DNA of 38,666 nucleotides, taken from NCBI GenBank assembly GCA_937907715.1, contig CALERM010000103.1, positions 1-38,666 on the forward strand, given 5' to 3'. The notes under the pieces are model-generated. The model was not told the origin of the DNA, did not search any database, and worked only from the letters and a program-made list of their open reading frames with translations. Of the stretch, positions 16,085-25,273 are shown piece by piece. The stretch comes from an uncultured Clostridia bacterium. Its GTDB lineage: Bacteria > Bacillota > Clostridia > Oscillospirales > Oscillospiraceae. The first letter of the stretch is position 1; the number at the start of each line of letters is the position of its first letter. A program made the translations under genes and the position numbers.

Positions 16085-17554
16085 ATGACAGGAGAACGGC
16101 TCAGCTGGCTGATTCGGACGCTGGGCACATCCGGCAAGGAGCTGTCCGAGCGCATTGGGATTGACACCTCGACGATGAGCAAATGGAGAAAGGGCAAGCG
16201 TATCTTACGATATGATTCGGTGTACGCGCAGCGCATGGCCGCCTGGGCGATGGACAGCGACGTGGAGCGCAAGACCGGCGTGCTGACGCACATGCTGCGC
16301 GAATGGCAGCCGTCGCTGCCGCTGGACAGCCGCGAACAGCGCATAGATGCGCTGCGGCTGTGGCTGACGCTGACCGAGCAGCCGGACGTACAGGCGATAC
16401 CGGAGCGGCACGGCGTCCCCGCGCCGACGGAGCTTCTGATCGGCGTAGAGAAGATGATGGAGGCGCAGAACACAATGTTTCGCCTGCTGCGCGATCTGCC
16501 GGGACCGCAGGAAATGATTATGCTGGATTTCGGCGCGATTGATTGGAGCACATGCCCGCGCCATCTGGTAGAGACGTGCGTGCGGGAAAACCGCAGCGCG
16601 CTGGAGAATCCGCAGCACGCGATGGTCATTCTCGACCAGCTCACGGACACCTATCGCCCGCGGGAACTGATGTTTCAGTGGATGCCGATTTATTTGCAGC
16701 CCCATGTGCGGACGTATTTTTACCGCAATCCCAAGCCGCTGCCGCTGCGGCAGAACATTCTGCTCATTCGCGGCAGGGCGGCTCTGCTCATGTCCAGCAC
16801 ATCGACCCACCCGGACCAGATAGTATCGACATTTTCCTATGACCCGGAATATGTTCGGCTATATGAGGACATGGCGGACGCGCTGGTAGCGGACAGCCGC
16901 CCGATGATTGAGGTCATGGAGACGCGGCAGCTGATTCCGTTTTTGCAGCAGATTGGCCAGCGGATGCGCAGCTCGCACCTATTATATATGATTAACCAGC
17001 TGCCGACGTTTCGCAACATGCCGCCGGAGCTGCTGGATGAAATTCTGCGCGACAATCAGGTGAGCGGGGAGCAGTATGCCGAGTGCATGGCGGCAGGACA
17101 GCAGAGCACCGCGACGCGCACCCGCTGCGAGAGCCGCCAGCTGTACAATCTGGACGCGATTGAGGACGCACTGGAGCAGGAATATATCGTTGACGATGAT
17201 CTGTCCGCCGTTGTCGGACGGGAAATCCGCGTGACGCGCGAACAGCTCAAGCAGCAGCTGCGCTTTTTGCGCGAGCATCTGCGCGCGCCGCATTATTCGC
17301 TGACGATCTATCCGTTTTCGCGGCTGGAGGTGCACACCTCGCCGCCGTGCAATATGCTCGTGCAGGATGACAGCATGGCGGCGGCGTGGGATGCGGGGCA
17401 GTACATGCGCCGCATGTATTCGGAGGAGATGTCCGTCATCAGCGGATTTTACCAGTACGCGGACTCTCTGTGGGAGCAAATCTCCCCGGCGTGCCATGCG
17501 GAGGCGTGGTGTCGGCGCAGAATAGACGCATTATTGACAATCGAGCCGAAATGA
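16085..17554 (+). CDS. XRE-type HTH transcriptional regulator with a large uncharacterised C-terminal region
   Basis: LSWLIRTLGTSGKELSERIGIDTSTMSKWRKGKR HTH; sits between two catabolic operons; alternative start 16061. Confidence 0.8.
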   Translation: MTGERLSWLIRTLGTSGKELSERIGIDTSTMSKWRKGKRILRYDSVYAQRMAAWAMDSDVERKTGVLTHMLREWQPSLPLDSREQRIDALRLWLTLTEQPDVQAIPERHGVPAPTELLIGVEKMMEAQNTMFRLLRDLPGPQEMIMLDFGAIDWSTCPRHLVETCVRENRSALENPQHAMVILDQLTDTYRPRELMFQWMPIYLQPHVRTYFYRNPKPLPLRQNILLIRGRAALLMSSTSTHPDQIVSTFSYDPEYVRLYEDMADALVADSRPMIEVMETRQLIPFLQQIGQRMRSSHLLYMINQLPTFRNMPPELLDEILRDNQVSGEQYAECMAAGQQSTATRTRCESRQLYNLDAIEDALEQEYIVDDDLSAVVGREIRVTREQLKQQLRFLREHLRAPHYSLTIYPFSRLEVHTSPPCNMLVQDDSMAAAWDAGQYMRRMYSEEMSVISGFYQYADSLWEQISPACHAEAWCRRRIDALLTIEPK

Positions 17555-17567
17555 TTGACGCACATGG

Positions 17568-17590
17568 ACAAAATGGACGAAAAATAGACA
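17568..17590 (+). promoter_or_regulatory. putative operator, copy 2
   Basis: ACAAAATGGACGAAAAATAGACA. Confidence 0.7.
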
Positions 17591-17613
17591 AGAGCTTTTG
17601 TCCATGCCGCGCA

Positions 17614-17642
17614 TTGACGGAAAAAGGACAATGTCGTAAGAT
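17614..17642 (+). promoter_or_regulatory. sigma-A promoter for the dehydrogenase operon
   Basis: TTGACG-17 bp-TAAGAT. Confidence 0.6.
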
Positions 17643-17651
17643 AGACGTGTC

Positions 17652-17709
17652 AAGACAAAGAGGTCTTACCGAGAGAAAATCTCCTCGGTAAGCCTCTTTT
17701 TTTGTTTTC
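17652..17709 (+). promoter_or_regulatory. leader attenuator: terminator overlapped by an ANTAR-like hexaloop hairpin
   Basis: Terminator AGAGG.CTTACCGAG/CTCGGTAAGCCTCT + T-run; competing hairpin AAGAC-AAAGAG-GTCTT. Confidence 0.65.
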
Positions 17710-17741
17710 TAAGAAATATTACGGTTTAGGAGTGAACGATC

Positions 17742-18056
17742 ATGCGTATCCAAGAACACCCGATTTTGGGCACCTATGACAAAGGTCCTCTGGTAGAATT
17801 TACATTGGATGGCAAGACAATGACAGGATATGAGGGCGAGCCGATTGCCGCCGCGCTGCGCGCACAGGGCATTTTGCAGCACCGCCACACGAGAAAGACC
17901 GGCGAGGCGCGCGGCGTGTTTTGCGCCATCGGACGCTGTACCGACTGCGTCATGGTAGTCGATGGCGTGCCGAACATCCGCACGTGCATCACGCCACTCA
18001 GAGCGGGCATGAAGGTGCAGACACAGTATGGCGTGGGGCCAAAGGAGGATGCGTAA
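17742..18056 (+). CDS. (2Fe-2S)-binding subunit (HcnA/sarcosine oxidase alpha N-terminal-like)
   Basis: GEPIAAAL, RGVFCAIGRCTDCVMVVDG, IRTC. Confidence 0.9.
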   Translation: MRIQEHPILGTYDKGPLVEFTLDGKTMTGYEGEPIAAALRAQGILQHRHTRKTGEARGVFCAIGRCTDCVMVVDGVPNIRTCITPLRAGMKVQTQYGVGPKEDA

Positions 18057-19646
18057 ATGAAACGGTATGAATTGATTGTCATTGGCGCGGGCCCAGCGGG
18101 TCTTTCCGCCGCGATTGAAGGCGCAAAAGCGGGTATGCATGTCATTGTCTTTGACGAGAACGCGCGTCCGGGCGGACAGCTGTTCAAACAGATTCACAAG
18201 TTCTTTGGCTCGAAGGAGCACAAGGCAAAGATCCGCGGCTTCCGCATCGGTCAGATGCTGCTGAAGGAGGCGGAAGAGGTCGGCGTCACCGTATGTCTTA
18301 ACGCAACCGTGCTCGGTATTTTCCCGGAAAAGCGCGTGACCGTGCGTTATGCCGATCACATTGAGCAGTATTCCGGCGACAATATCATTGTGGCGACCGG
18401 TGCGGCAGAAAATATGATTTTGTTTGACGGCTGGACCAAGCCGGGCGTCATCGGCGCCGGTGCGGCGCAGACCATGATGAACCTGCACGGCGTGCAGCCG
18501 GGTCAGAAAATTCTCATGGTCGGCTCCGGCAACGTCGGACTGGTGGTCTCCTATCAGCTGCTGCAGGCAGGCTGCGAGGTTGTGGCGCTGATTGACGCCG
18601 CGCCGCGTGTTGGCGGCTACGGCGTGCACGCCGCAAAGGTAGCCCGCTATGGCGTTCCGTTTTATCTGCGGCACACGATTGTTCGCGCTGAGGGCAAAGA
18701 TCAGGTAGAGGGCGCCGTCATTGCAGAGGTGGACAGCAAGTTCCAGCCGATTCCGGGCACCGAAAAGCATTTGGATATTGACACGATCTGTCTGGCAGTC
18801 GGTCTGTCTCCGATGAGTCAGGTGCTCCGCATGTCGGGCTGTGAGATTGAGGACACGCCGGGCGGTTTGGTTCCAAAGACCAGCGAATACGGCGAGACGA
18901 CGATTCCGGGACTGTTCGCCGCCGGTGACGTGGCGGGCATTGAGGAGGCATCGTCCGCGATGATCGGCGGACGCATTGCCGGTCTGGCGGCGGCGCACCG
19001 CGCCGGATACCTGCCGGAGGACAGCTTCAAGCAGCAGGCACAGGCGGCGCGCGATTCGCTGTCCCAGCTGCGGCAGGGCATGTTCGCCAAGGAAAACCGC
19101 GGCAGAACCGATTTGACCGAGACCGAAGAGGGCTATGCGCTGTCCAAGAATCTGCTGGCAAAGGGCTATGTAGAGGAAGAGGAGCTGAAGGCGTTTCCGG
19201 CGGCGAACGCTTCGGTGCACGGCGTGCATCCGGTCATCGAGTGCACCCAGAACATCCCGTGCAACCCGTGTCAGGACGCCTGCAAGTTTGGCTGTATTCT
19301 GGTCGGCAGGCAGATTACCAATATTCCGGTGGTAGACCGCGACAGAAAATGTACGGGCTGCGGCATGTGTGTCGCCAGCTGCTCGGGTCAGGCGATTTTC
19401 CTCGTCAACGATGATTTTGAGGAGGGGCGGTCAACCGTAACGCTCGCCTATGAATTTTTGCCGTATCCGGAAAAAGGACAGACCGGCACGGCGATGGATC
19501 GTTCCGGCAAGCCGGTGTGCGAGGCGGAAGTCATTTCTCTGCGCAAGAGTCCGGCGACCGACGGCACGGCGCTGCTGACGATTGCCGTACCGAAGGAATT
19601 TTCGATGAAGGCGCGCGCCTTTCGACCGAATGGAGGGGACAAGTAA
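18057..19646 (+). CDS. FAD/NAD(P)-dependent oxidoreductase fused to a 4Fe-4S ferredoxin domain (HcnB/OoxA/proline dehydrogenase alpha-like)
   Basis: IGAGPAGL, PGGQL, ATGA, GSGNVG, FAAGD; C-terminal CTQNIPCNPCQDAC and CTGCGMCVASC. Confidence 0.9.
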   Translation: MKRYELIVIGAGPAGLSAAIEGAKAGMHVIVFDENARPGGQLFKQIHKFFGSKEHKAKIRGFRIGQMLLKEAEEVGVTVCLNATVLGIFPEKRVTVRYADHIEQYSGDNIIVATGAAENMILFDGWTKPGVIGAGAAQTMMNLHGVQPGQKILMVGSGNVGLVVSYQLLQAGCEVVALIDAAPRVGGYGVHAAKVARYGVPFYLRHTIVRAEGKDQVEGAVIAEVDSKFQPIPGTEKHLDIDTICLAVGLSPMSQVLRMSGCEIEDTPGGLVPKTSEYGETTIPGLFAAGDVAGIEEASSAMIGGRIAGLAAAHRAGYLPEDSFKQQAQAARDSLSQLRQGMFAKENRGRTDLTETEEGYALSKNLLAKGYVEEEELKAFPAANASVHGVHPVIECTQNIPCNPCQDACKFGCILVGRQITNIPVVDRDRKCTGCGMCVASCSGQAIFLVNDDFEEGRSTVTLAYEFLPYPEKGQTGTAMDRSGKPVCEAEVISLRKSPATDGTALLTIAVPKEFSMKARAFRPNGGDK

Positions 19647-19967
19647 ATGGATAAGCTGATGAATCGTTCCGAAGACATCGGTCCCTTTGTACCGATGCCG
19701 GATGATGATATGATTGTATGCCGCTGTGAGGAGATCACAAAGGGTGAAATTCGACGGGCGGTACACGATGGATTCCGTTCGCTGACAGAGATCAAGCGCG
19801 TGCTGCGCAACGGCATGGGCTTGTGTCAGGGACAGACGTGTTCCCGTCTGGTGCGTTCGATTGTCGCCAGAGAATTGGGTGTCCGTCCGTCGGATCTGCC
19901 GATGACGACATCGCGCGCACCGGCGCGGCCGGTGGAAATGAGCGTTTATGCAAAGGAGGTCAAGTGA
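19647..19967 (+). CDS. BFD-like (2Fe-2S)-binding subunit
   Basis: IVCRCEEIT...GMGLCQGQTC...RAPARP. Confidence 0.9.
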   Translation: MDKLMNRSEDIGPFVPMPDDDMIVCRCEEITKGEIRRAVHDGFRSLTEIKRVLRNGMGLCQGQTCSRLVRSIVARELGVRPSDLPMTTSRAPARPVEMSVYAKEVK

Positions 19968-19968
19968 T

Positions 19969-21117
19969 ATGGCGGTAACAGATAAAGCACAGGTGGTCAT
20001 TGTCGGCAGCGGCATTATCGGCAACGCGACCGCGTATTATTTGGCAAAGCGCGGCGCCTCCGTCATCGTGCTGGAGGGCAGTGAGATCATCGGAAACGGC
20101 GGTTCCTCCCGCAACGGCGGCGGCGTGCGTCAGTCGGCACGCGACCCGCGCGAGCTTCCGCTGGCGATGTATGCGGTAGAGCACATGTGGCCGACGCTCT
20201 CGGAAGAGCTGGATATGGATGTCGAGTACGCCAAGAAGGGAAATCTCCGATTGGGGAAGAGCGAAGCGCACCAGAAGATTTTGCAGGGTCTGTGCGATCG
20301 CTGTACGGCGCTGGGGCTGGATGTCCGGATGCTGTCCGGCGATGACGTGCGCCAGATTAACCCGTATCTGTCGGAAGAGGTGACGTGCGCCTCGTGGTGT
20401 CCGACAGACGGACATGCCAATCCGCTCAAGGCAACGCTGGCCTATTACCGCGCGGCACTGCGGCTGGGCGTGCACTTTTACACAAAGGAACAGGCGGTGG
20501 AGCTGGTGATGGAGCGCGGCAGGCTGCGCTATGTCAAGACCGCCTGCGGCGATGTCTTTGAGGGCGAGACCATTCTCGTGGCAGCGGGCTACAGCAGCCG
20601 CGCGCTGCTGCACACGGTCGGTGTCGATATTCCGATGAACAAGGCTCTGCTCGAATGCATCGTGACGGAGGCAGAGCCGCCGATGTTCGAGCAGATGCTC
20701 GGCGCGGCAATGGCGGACTTTTACGGCCATCAGACGCCGCACGGTTCGTTCGTCTTTGGCGGACACACTGGCATGGAGCCGTATTTCGGCGCCTATGCCT
20801 CGGAGAAGCAAAGCCCGTCACAGGCGATTTCCGCCCCGACAGCCGCCCGTGCGATTCTGGAGTTCTTCCCGCGCCTGAAGCACACCAAGCTGGTGCGAAC
20901 CTGGGGAGGCATGATGGACGAATGTGCGGACAAGGTTCCGGTCATTGATACCTGCGAGGAGGTAGAGGGACTGGCGATTGCCTGCGGCTTTACCGGTCAC
21001 GGCTTCGGCATCGGCCCGATTACCGGTCTGCTGCTGTCCGAGCTGCTGCTGGACGGCAAGACGTCAACCCTGCCGATTGATGCGTTCCGCTACGACCGAT
21101 TCGGCGCGCACAAGTGA
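19969..21117 (+). CDS. DAO-family FAD-dependent oxidoreductase (sarcosine oxidase beta/HcnC/OoxB/TynA-like)
   Basis: VVIVGSGIIG, GGSSRNGG, DGHANP, GFTGHGFGIGP; AGGAGG RBS favours ATG 19969. Confidence 0.9.
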   Translation: MAVTDKAQVVIVGSGIIGNATAYYLAKRGASVIVLEGSEIIGNGGSSRNGGGVRQSARDPRELPLAMYAVEHMWPTLSEELDMDVEYAKKGNLRLGKSEAHQKILQGLCDRCTALGLDVRMLSGDDVRQINPYLSEEVTCASWCPTDGHANPLKATLAYYRAALRLGVHFYTKEQAVELVMERGRLRYVKTACGDVFEGETILVAAGYSSRALLHTVGVDIPMNKALLECIVTEAEPPMFEQMLGAAMADFYGHQTPHGSFVFGGHTGMEPYFGAYASEKQSPSQAISAPTAARAILEFFPRLKHTKLVRTWGGMMDECADKVPVIDTCEEVEGLAIACGFTGHGFGIGPITGLLLSELLLDGKTSTLPIDAFRYDRFGAHK

Positions 21118-21136
21118 GAAAAATAGGTGAACAGAC

Positions 21137-21172
21137 ACAGCACCCCATCGAACCCGGATGGGGTGCTGTTAT
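21137..21172 (+). terminator. intrinsic terminator
   Basis: ACAGCACCCCATC / GATGGGGTGCTGT stem. Confidence 0.7.
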
Positions 21173-21260
21173 AATACCCCAAAATCCATTGCTTCTCGCT
21201 CCCAAACATGGTACGATAAACAAAAGAGAGAGCGAAAAAACCGCAAAGGAGGAGACCTGT

Positions 21261-21896
21261 ATGAACATCTTATTTTACGGCGATTCCAACACATGGGGCT
21301 TTCAGGGAGACAACCCGAAGGTCAGACTGGCGTATGACAAGCGTTTTACCGGCATCCTTGCCAAGCGCTTTCCGCAGCACCGCATCATTGAGGAAGGCCT
21401 GCCGGGGCGCACGATTTGTTTTGATGACCCGTTAGACAGCGGACGAAACGGAACCGAAACCCTGCCCATGCTGTTGCAGACACATGAACCGCTGGATCTG
21501 GTGGTCATCATGCTGGGCACGAATGACACGAAAATCATGTTTGGACATACGCCAATGACGATGCGTCTGGCAATGGAACGCATGATTCGACTGGTACAAA
21601 ACATCGAAGCGTGGTCGGATACCGGTATTCGACCGGACATTCTGCTGGTTGCGCCGCCGCGCATGGGAGACATTGAACGCGGCACGTTTTATGGTATGTT
21701 TGATGCGCACAGTGCAGAGATGATTCCGGAGGTTGCCGAACAGTTCCGCGAGCTTGCGGAGCAGTACGCCTGTATGTTTGTGGACGGCTCGCAGGTCGCG
21801 GCGGAGGGCTGCAGGGATTTTGTGCACCTGACCGCGGAAGAGCATGAGCAGATGGCAAAGCTGATTGGGGATGCAATTGAGGAAATGGAAGAGTAA
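21261..21896 (+). CDS. SGNH/GDSL hydrolase (arylesterase-like)
   Basis: FYGDSNTWG, EEGLPGRT, MLGTND, DFVH; AGGAGG RBS before ATG 21261. Confidence 0.9.
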   Translation: MNILFYGDSNTWGFQGDNPKVRLAYDKRFTGILAKRFPQHRIIEEGLPGRTICFDDPLDSGRNGTETLPMLLQTHEPLDLVVIMLGTNDTKIMFGHTPMTMRLAMERMIRLVQNIEAWSDTGIRPDILLVAPPRMGDIERGTFYGMFDAHSAEMIPEVAEQFRELAEQYACMFVDGSQVAAEGCRDFVHLTAEEHEQMAKLIGDAIEEMEE

Positions 21897-21934
21897 TGCG
21901 CTTTGAGACACAGCGGAAAGGAGATTTGCCTGTG

Positions 21935-23086
21935 ATGCATTCGGTTGTAAAAAAGAAAGCACGCCGTGTATCCATGCTGAGACGGATGACTATCTTCTTG
22001 GCTATCACGGCAATCCTTTTTCTGACCTATCAGAATCTTACAACCAATGTTTGGGGATTTCCGGCTTTTCTTTGCCAGCTTCTTGCCGTTATCGAACTTG
22101 CTTTCGGAATGCAGGCTGCTGAAGCAGAATTGACCGTCTGGATCGAACAGAAAGAAACAGACCAGCATATATCTGCATGTAAGAAATTCACGCCGACAAG
22201 AAAAGAACATATCCTGCGTACCTGTCTGATTACAATCATTCTGGCATACAGTACCTTTTTCTACGGTGCATGGTATGGAATCAACAAACGTGCAGGGTAT
22301 GCCATTCGGTACTATTTTGCTGAAATATCCGGTGTCTGTGTTTCCGTCAGCTTGTCCTGCCTGCTGATATGGGGCATGGTCTGTCTGTATAAAAAACAAA
22401 AAAGTATTCTTCATGGAAAATTAGCCAGATGGATGATCGTTGTTTTTGATACGGCGCTGACTCTTTTCTTACTGGCATTGATTGGCTGCACCTTTTTCAC
22501 GATCAGTTTTGGCATAGAAGGAACAGAAACCGTAACCGGACAGGATCAGCAGTATACCTATCTTTCTGTACAGCCTGATTATGGTACTGCCACACAATAC
22601 CGGACGAATAACCCGATTTATATGCAGAAAACAGGGGTGCTTTTACCGAATACAGACACCCAGACACAACCCTCTGTACCGGATTCTGAAACACAGGATA
22701 CTCATACCGCTGATTCTTCTGAAAATACGCCGGCACAAGAATCACAGACAACGTCACCGCCTCCGGACGAAATGCGTGCTGTTTATCAGTATATCAGACA
22801 ACAGAATACGCTTCCGGATATGAACGTTACGTATACGGCAAATGCAAAGGGAGAACAGTACGCCATTCTCTGTGAGACAACAGAAGAAAAGGACAGCACA
22901 ACGGTTCATGTCAAGTACTGTTTGTATGATAATGGCTCTAAAACGGACGAAAACAATACCGATTTCGAGGAACTGGTTTTGGAAAAAGTATATCCGGATG
23001 GTGGATATGAGACAGAACTGGTTGATTTCTATCTGGTCAATACGGAAACTTTGGAAGTGATAGATGAACAGAAATCGAGCTGGTAA
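21935..23086 (+). CDS. hypothetical membrane protein with a C-terminal extracytoplasmic domain
   Basis: ~5 hydrophobic segments, T/S/Q/P-rich linker, acidic C-terminal domain; AAAGGAG RBS; start uncertain (21896/21932/21935). Confidence 0.7.
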   Translation: MHSVVKKKARRVSMLRRMTIFLAITAILFLTYQNLTTNVWGFPAFLCQLLAVIELAFGMQAAEAELTVWIEQKETDQHISACKKFTPTRKEHILRTCLITIILAYSTFFYGAWYGINKRAGYAIRYYFAEISGVCVSVSLSCLLIWGMVCLYKKQKSILHGKLARWMIVVFDTALTLFLLALIGCTFFTISFGIEGTETVTGQDQQYTYLSVQPDYGTATQYRTNNPIYMQKTGVLLPNTDTQTQPSVPDSETQDTHTADSSENTPAQESQTTSPPPDEMRAVYQYIRQQNTLPDMNVTYTANAKGEQYAILCETTEEKDSTTVHVKYCLYDNGSKTDENNTDFEELVLEKVYPDGGYETELVDFYLVNTETLEVIDEQKSSW

Positions 23087-23093
23087 TTCGATT

Positions 23094-23130
23094 AGCAAAG
23101 CCTCTAGCAATTGCTGGGGGCTTTGCTTTT
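23094..23130 (+). terminator. intrinsic terminator
   Basis: AGCAAAGCCTCTAGC / GCTGGGGGCTTTGCT + TTT. Confidence 0.75.
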
Positions 23131-23160
23131 AACCTCTGTTTAAGGTACGCGAGGTATGCT
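23128..23160 (+). promoter_or_regulatory. response-regulator box + -10 (CiaR-type geometry)
   Basis: TTTAAC-N5-TTTAAG-N10-TATGCT. Confidence 0.65.
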
Positions 23161-23198
23161 ATACTTAACGTATCAATCAGGAAAACGGGGCGAAGGCT

Positions 23199-23876
23199 AT
23201 GAGATTATTATTGGCAGAGGATGAGCTGGCGCTGTCCAAGGCGCTGAAGGCGATTTTGGAGCGCAACAATTATTCCGTGGATGCTGTGTATGACGGACAG
23301 GAAGCATTAGAATATCTAAGCGCGGGAAACAACTATGACGGCGTCATTTTGGACATTATGATGCCGAAAATAGACGGCATTACGGTGCTCAAGGAAATTC
23401 GCGCACAGGGCAATTTGATTCCGGTCATTTTGCTGACGGCGAAATCCGAAATAGATGACAAAGTGCTGGGTTTAGACGCCGGTGCGAACGACTATTTGAC
23501 CAAGCCGTTTAACACACGCGAGCTGCTCGCGCGCATTCGTGCGATGACGCGCACCCAGACGGCGCAGCCGGATTCGCTGCTGCACATGGGCAATGTGACG
23601 CTGGATTGCGCGACCTATGAGCTGTCCACGCCGAGCGGCAGCTATCGCTTGGCAAACAAGGAATTTCAGATGATGGAACTGCTCATGAGCAATCAAAACC
23701 ATCTGATTTCCTCCGAGCGGTTTATGGAGAAAATCTGGGGCTATGACAGTGAGACCGAGATGAATGTCGTGTGGGTGTATATCTCGTATTTGCGCAAAAA
23801 ACTCACCGCCCTGCACGCCAACATCAAAATCAAGGCGATGCGCAACGCCGGTTACACGTTAGAGGAAATCGTATGA
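23199..23876 (+). CDS. OmpR/PhoB family response regulator
   Basis: LLLAEDE, ILDIMMP, LTAK, DYLTKPF, VWVYISYLRKKL. Confidence 0.95.
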   Translation: MRLLLAEDELALSKALKAILERNNYSVDAVYDGQEALEYLSAGNNYDGVILDIMMPKIDGITVLKEIRAQGNLIPVILLTAKSEIDDKVLGLDAGANDYLTKPFNTRELLARIRAMTRTQTAQPDSLLHMGNVTLDCATYELSTPSGSYRLANKEFQMMELLMSNQNHLISSERFMEKIWGYDSETEMNVVWVYISYLRKKLTALHANIKIKAMRNAGYTLEEIV

Positions 23877-25096
23877 TACAGAAACTGCGAACCAAGCTGA
23901 TTGTCGCGTCCATGCTGTCGCTGGTCTTGGTGCTGACGATTATTCTCGGTGCGGCAAGTGTGCTCAATTACCGCGATATTACGACAAATGCAGACCGCGT
24001 GTTAAGCATTTTACAGGAAAATGACGGCGAATTCCCCGCGATGATGGGAAAGAAGCCGGATAAGCATGATGCGCAGTTTTCACCCGAGCTGCCGTATGAA
24101 TCGCGCTATTTTACCGTGTTTCTAAAAGCGGACGGCACAACAAGCGCGGTCAACACCGGAAAAATCGCCGCGGTGGACACCGAAACGGCGATTTCCTACG
24201 CGCAGGATGTTCTCGCATCCGGGAATACCAGCGGGTTCCTCGATGATTATCGTTATATGGTATACACTGCGGGCGTCGAGACACATATTATTTTTTTGGA
24301 TTATGGCAGAGAAATGTCCTCGTTCCGCCGCTTTTTGTACACAAGCGCGGGTGTCTCGCTGGGCGGTCTGCTGGCAGTCTTTTTGCTGCTGCTGTTCGTC
24401 TCCGGCAAAATCGTCAAGCCGTTTGCGGAGACCTATCAGAAGCAAAAGCAGTTCATCACGGATGCCGGACACGAGCTGAAAACGCCGCTGACGATTATCG
24501 ACGCAGATGCCCAAGTGCTGGAAATGGATGTGGGCGAAAATGAGTGGTTGAGCGACATTCAGGCGCAGACCAAGCGGCTGGCGCAGCTGACCAACAGCAT
24601 GTTACAGCTCGCGCGGATGGAGGAACAGCCACAGGTGGAAAAAATCGCATTTCCCCTGTCTGATGTTGTACAGGAGACCGCGGAGACCTTCGGGACACTG
24701 GCAAAGACGCGCGAGAAAACACTGTCTATCGACATCGAACCGATGCTGTCGCTGACCGGAGACGAAAAGGCGATCCGGCAGCTGCTGTCGATTTTGCTGG
24801 ACAACGCGGTAAAATATGCCGACGAACATGGGAAAATCACGGTTTCGCTGAAAAAACACAAAAATCACATCCAGATAAGTGTCTACAACACCGCGCAGGC
24901 GATAGACAGAGACAGCCTGCCGCATTTGTTCGACCGATTTTACCGCGCAGATGCATCGAGAAATTCTCGCACGGGGGGATATGGTCTCGGTCTTTCGATA
25001 GCCTCTTCTATTGTCGCCGCACATAAGGGAAAAATCTGGGCGGAGACGGCGGACGGGAAATCGCTGCGCATCACGGCGAGTTTTCCGTGTGGTTGA
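23873..25096 (+). CDS. sensor histidine kinase
   Basis: Two TM segments, H-box DAGHELKTPL, N-box LLDNAVKY, FDRFYR, GGYGLGL; ATGA overlap with the RR stop. Confidence 0.95.
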   Translation: MIQKLRTKLIVASMLSLVLVLTIILGAASVLNYRDITTNADRVLSILQENDGEFPAMMGKKPDKHDAQFSPELPYESRYFTVFLKADGTTSAVNTGKIAAVDTETAISYAQDVLASGNTSGFLDDYRYMVYTAGVETHIIFLDYGREMSSFRRFLYTSAGVSLGGLLAVFLLLLFVSGKIVKPFAETYQKQKQFITDAGHELKTPLTIIDADAQVLEMDVGENEWLSDIQAQTKRLAQLTNSMLQLARMEEQPQVEKIAFPLSDVVQETAETFGTLAKTREKTLSIDIEPMLSLTGDEKAIRQLLSILLDNAVKYADEHGKITVSLKKHKNHIQISVYNTAQAIDRDSLPHLFDRFYRADASRNSRTGGYGLGLSIASSIVAAHKGKIWAETADGKSLRITASFPCG

Positions 25097-25134
25097 TGGA
25101 AAACAAATAGTTTGTTATTTTCTATATTTCTAAA

Positions 25135-25165
25135 AGACATCCATCCCTGCGATGGATGTTTTTTT
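25135..25165 (+). terminator. intrinsic terminator
   Basis: AGACATCCATC / GATGGATGTTT + T-run. Confidence 0.75.
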
Positions 25166-25177
25166 ATGCCCGAAAAT

Positions 25178-25232
25178 TTTAAGTTGAGTTAAGGTTGGCT
25201 TTAAAGTTGCTTTAAGTCAGCGCCGGTATACT
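25178..25232 (+). promoter_or_regulatory. four 11-bp-phased TTTAAG-like boxes + -10 (response-regulator-activated promoter)
   Basis: TTTAAG (25178), TTAAGG (25189), TTTAAA (25200), TTTAAG (25211), N10, TATACT (25227). Confidence 0.75.
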
Positions 25233-25273
25233 TGAGCCATACAAACGAGAACGAGACCAAAAGGAGTGAAAAT

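Noticed and set aside
17709..19229. 506-aa minus-strand ORF
   Set aside because: Antisense shadow of GC-rich oxidoreductase genes; no motifs
17742..21117. specific calls hcnABC or soxBDAG
   Set aside because: Same superfamily, but no sarcosine oxidase delta/gamma subunits or folate-binding domain, and the context indicates amine catabolism; symbols withheld
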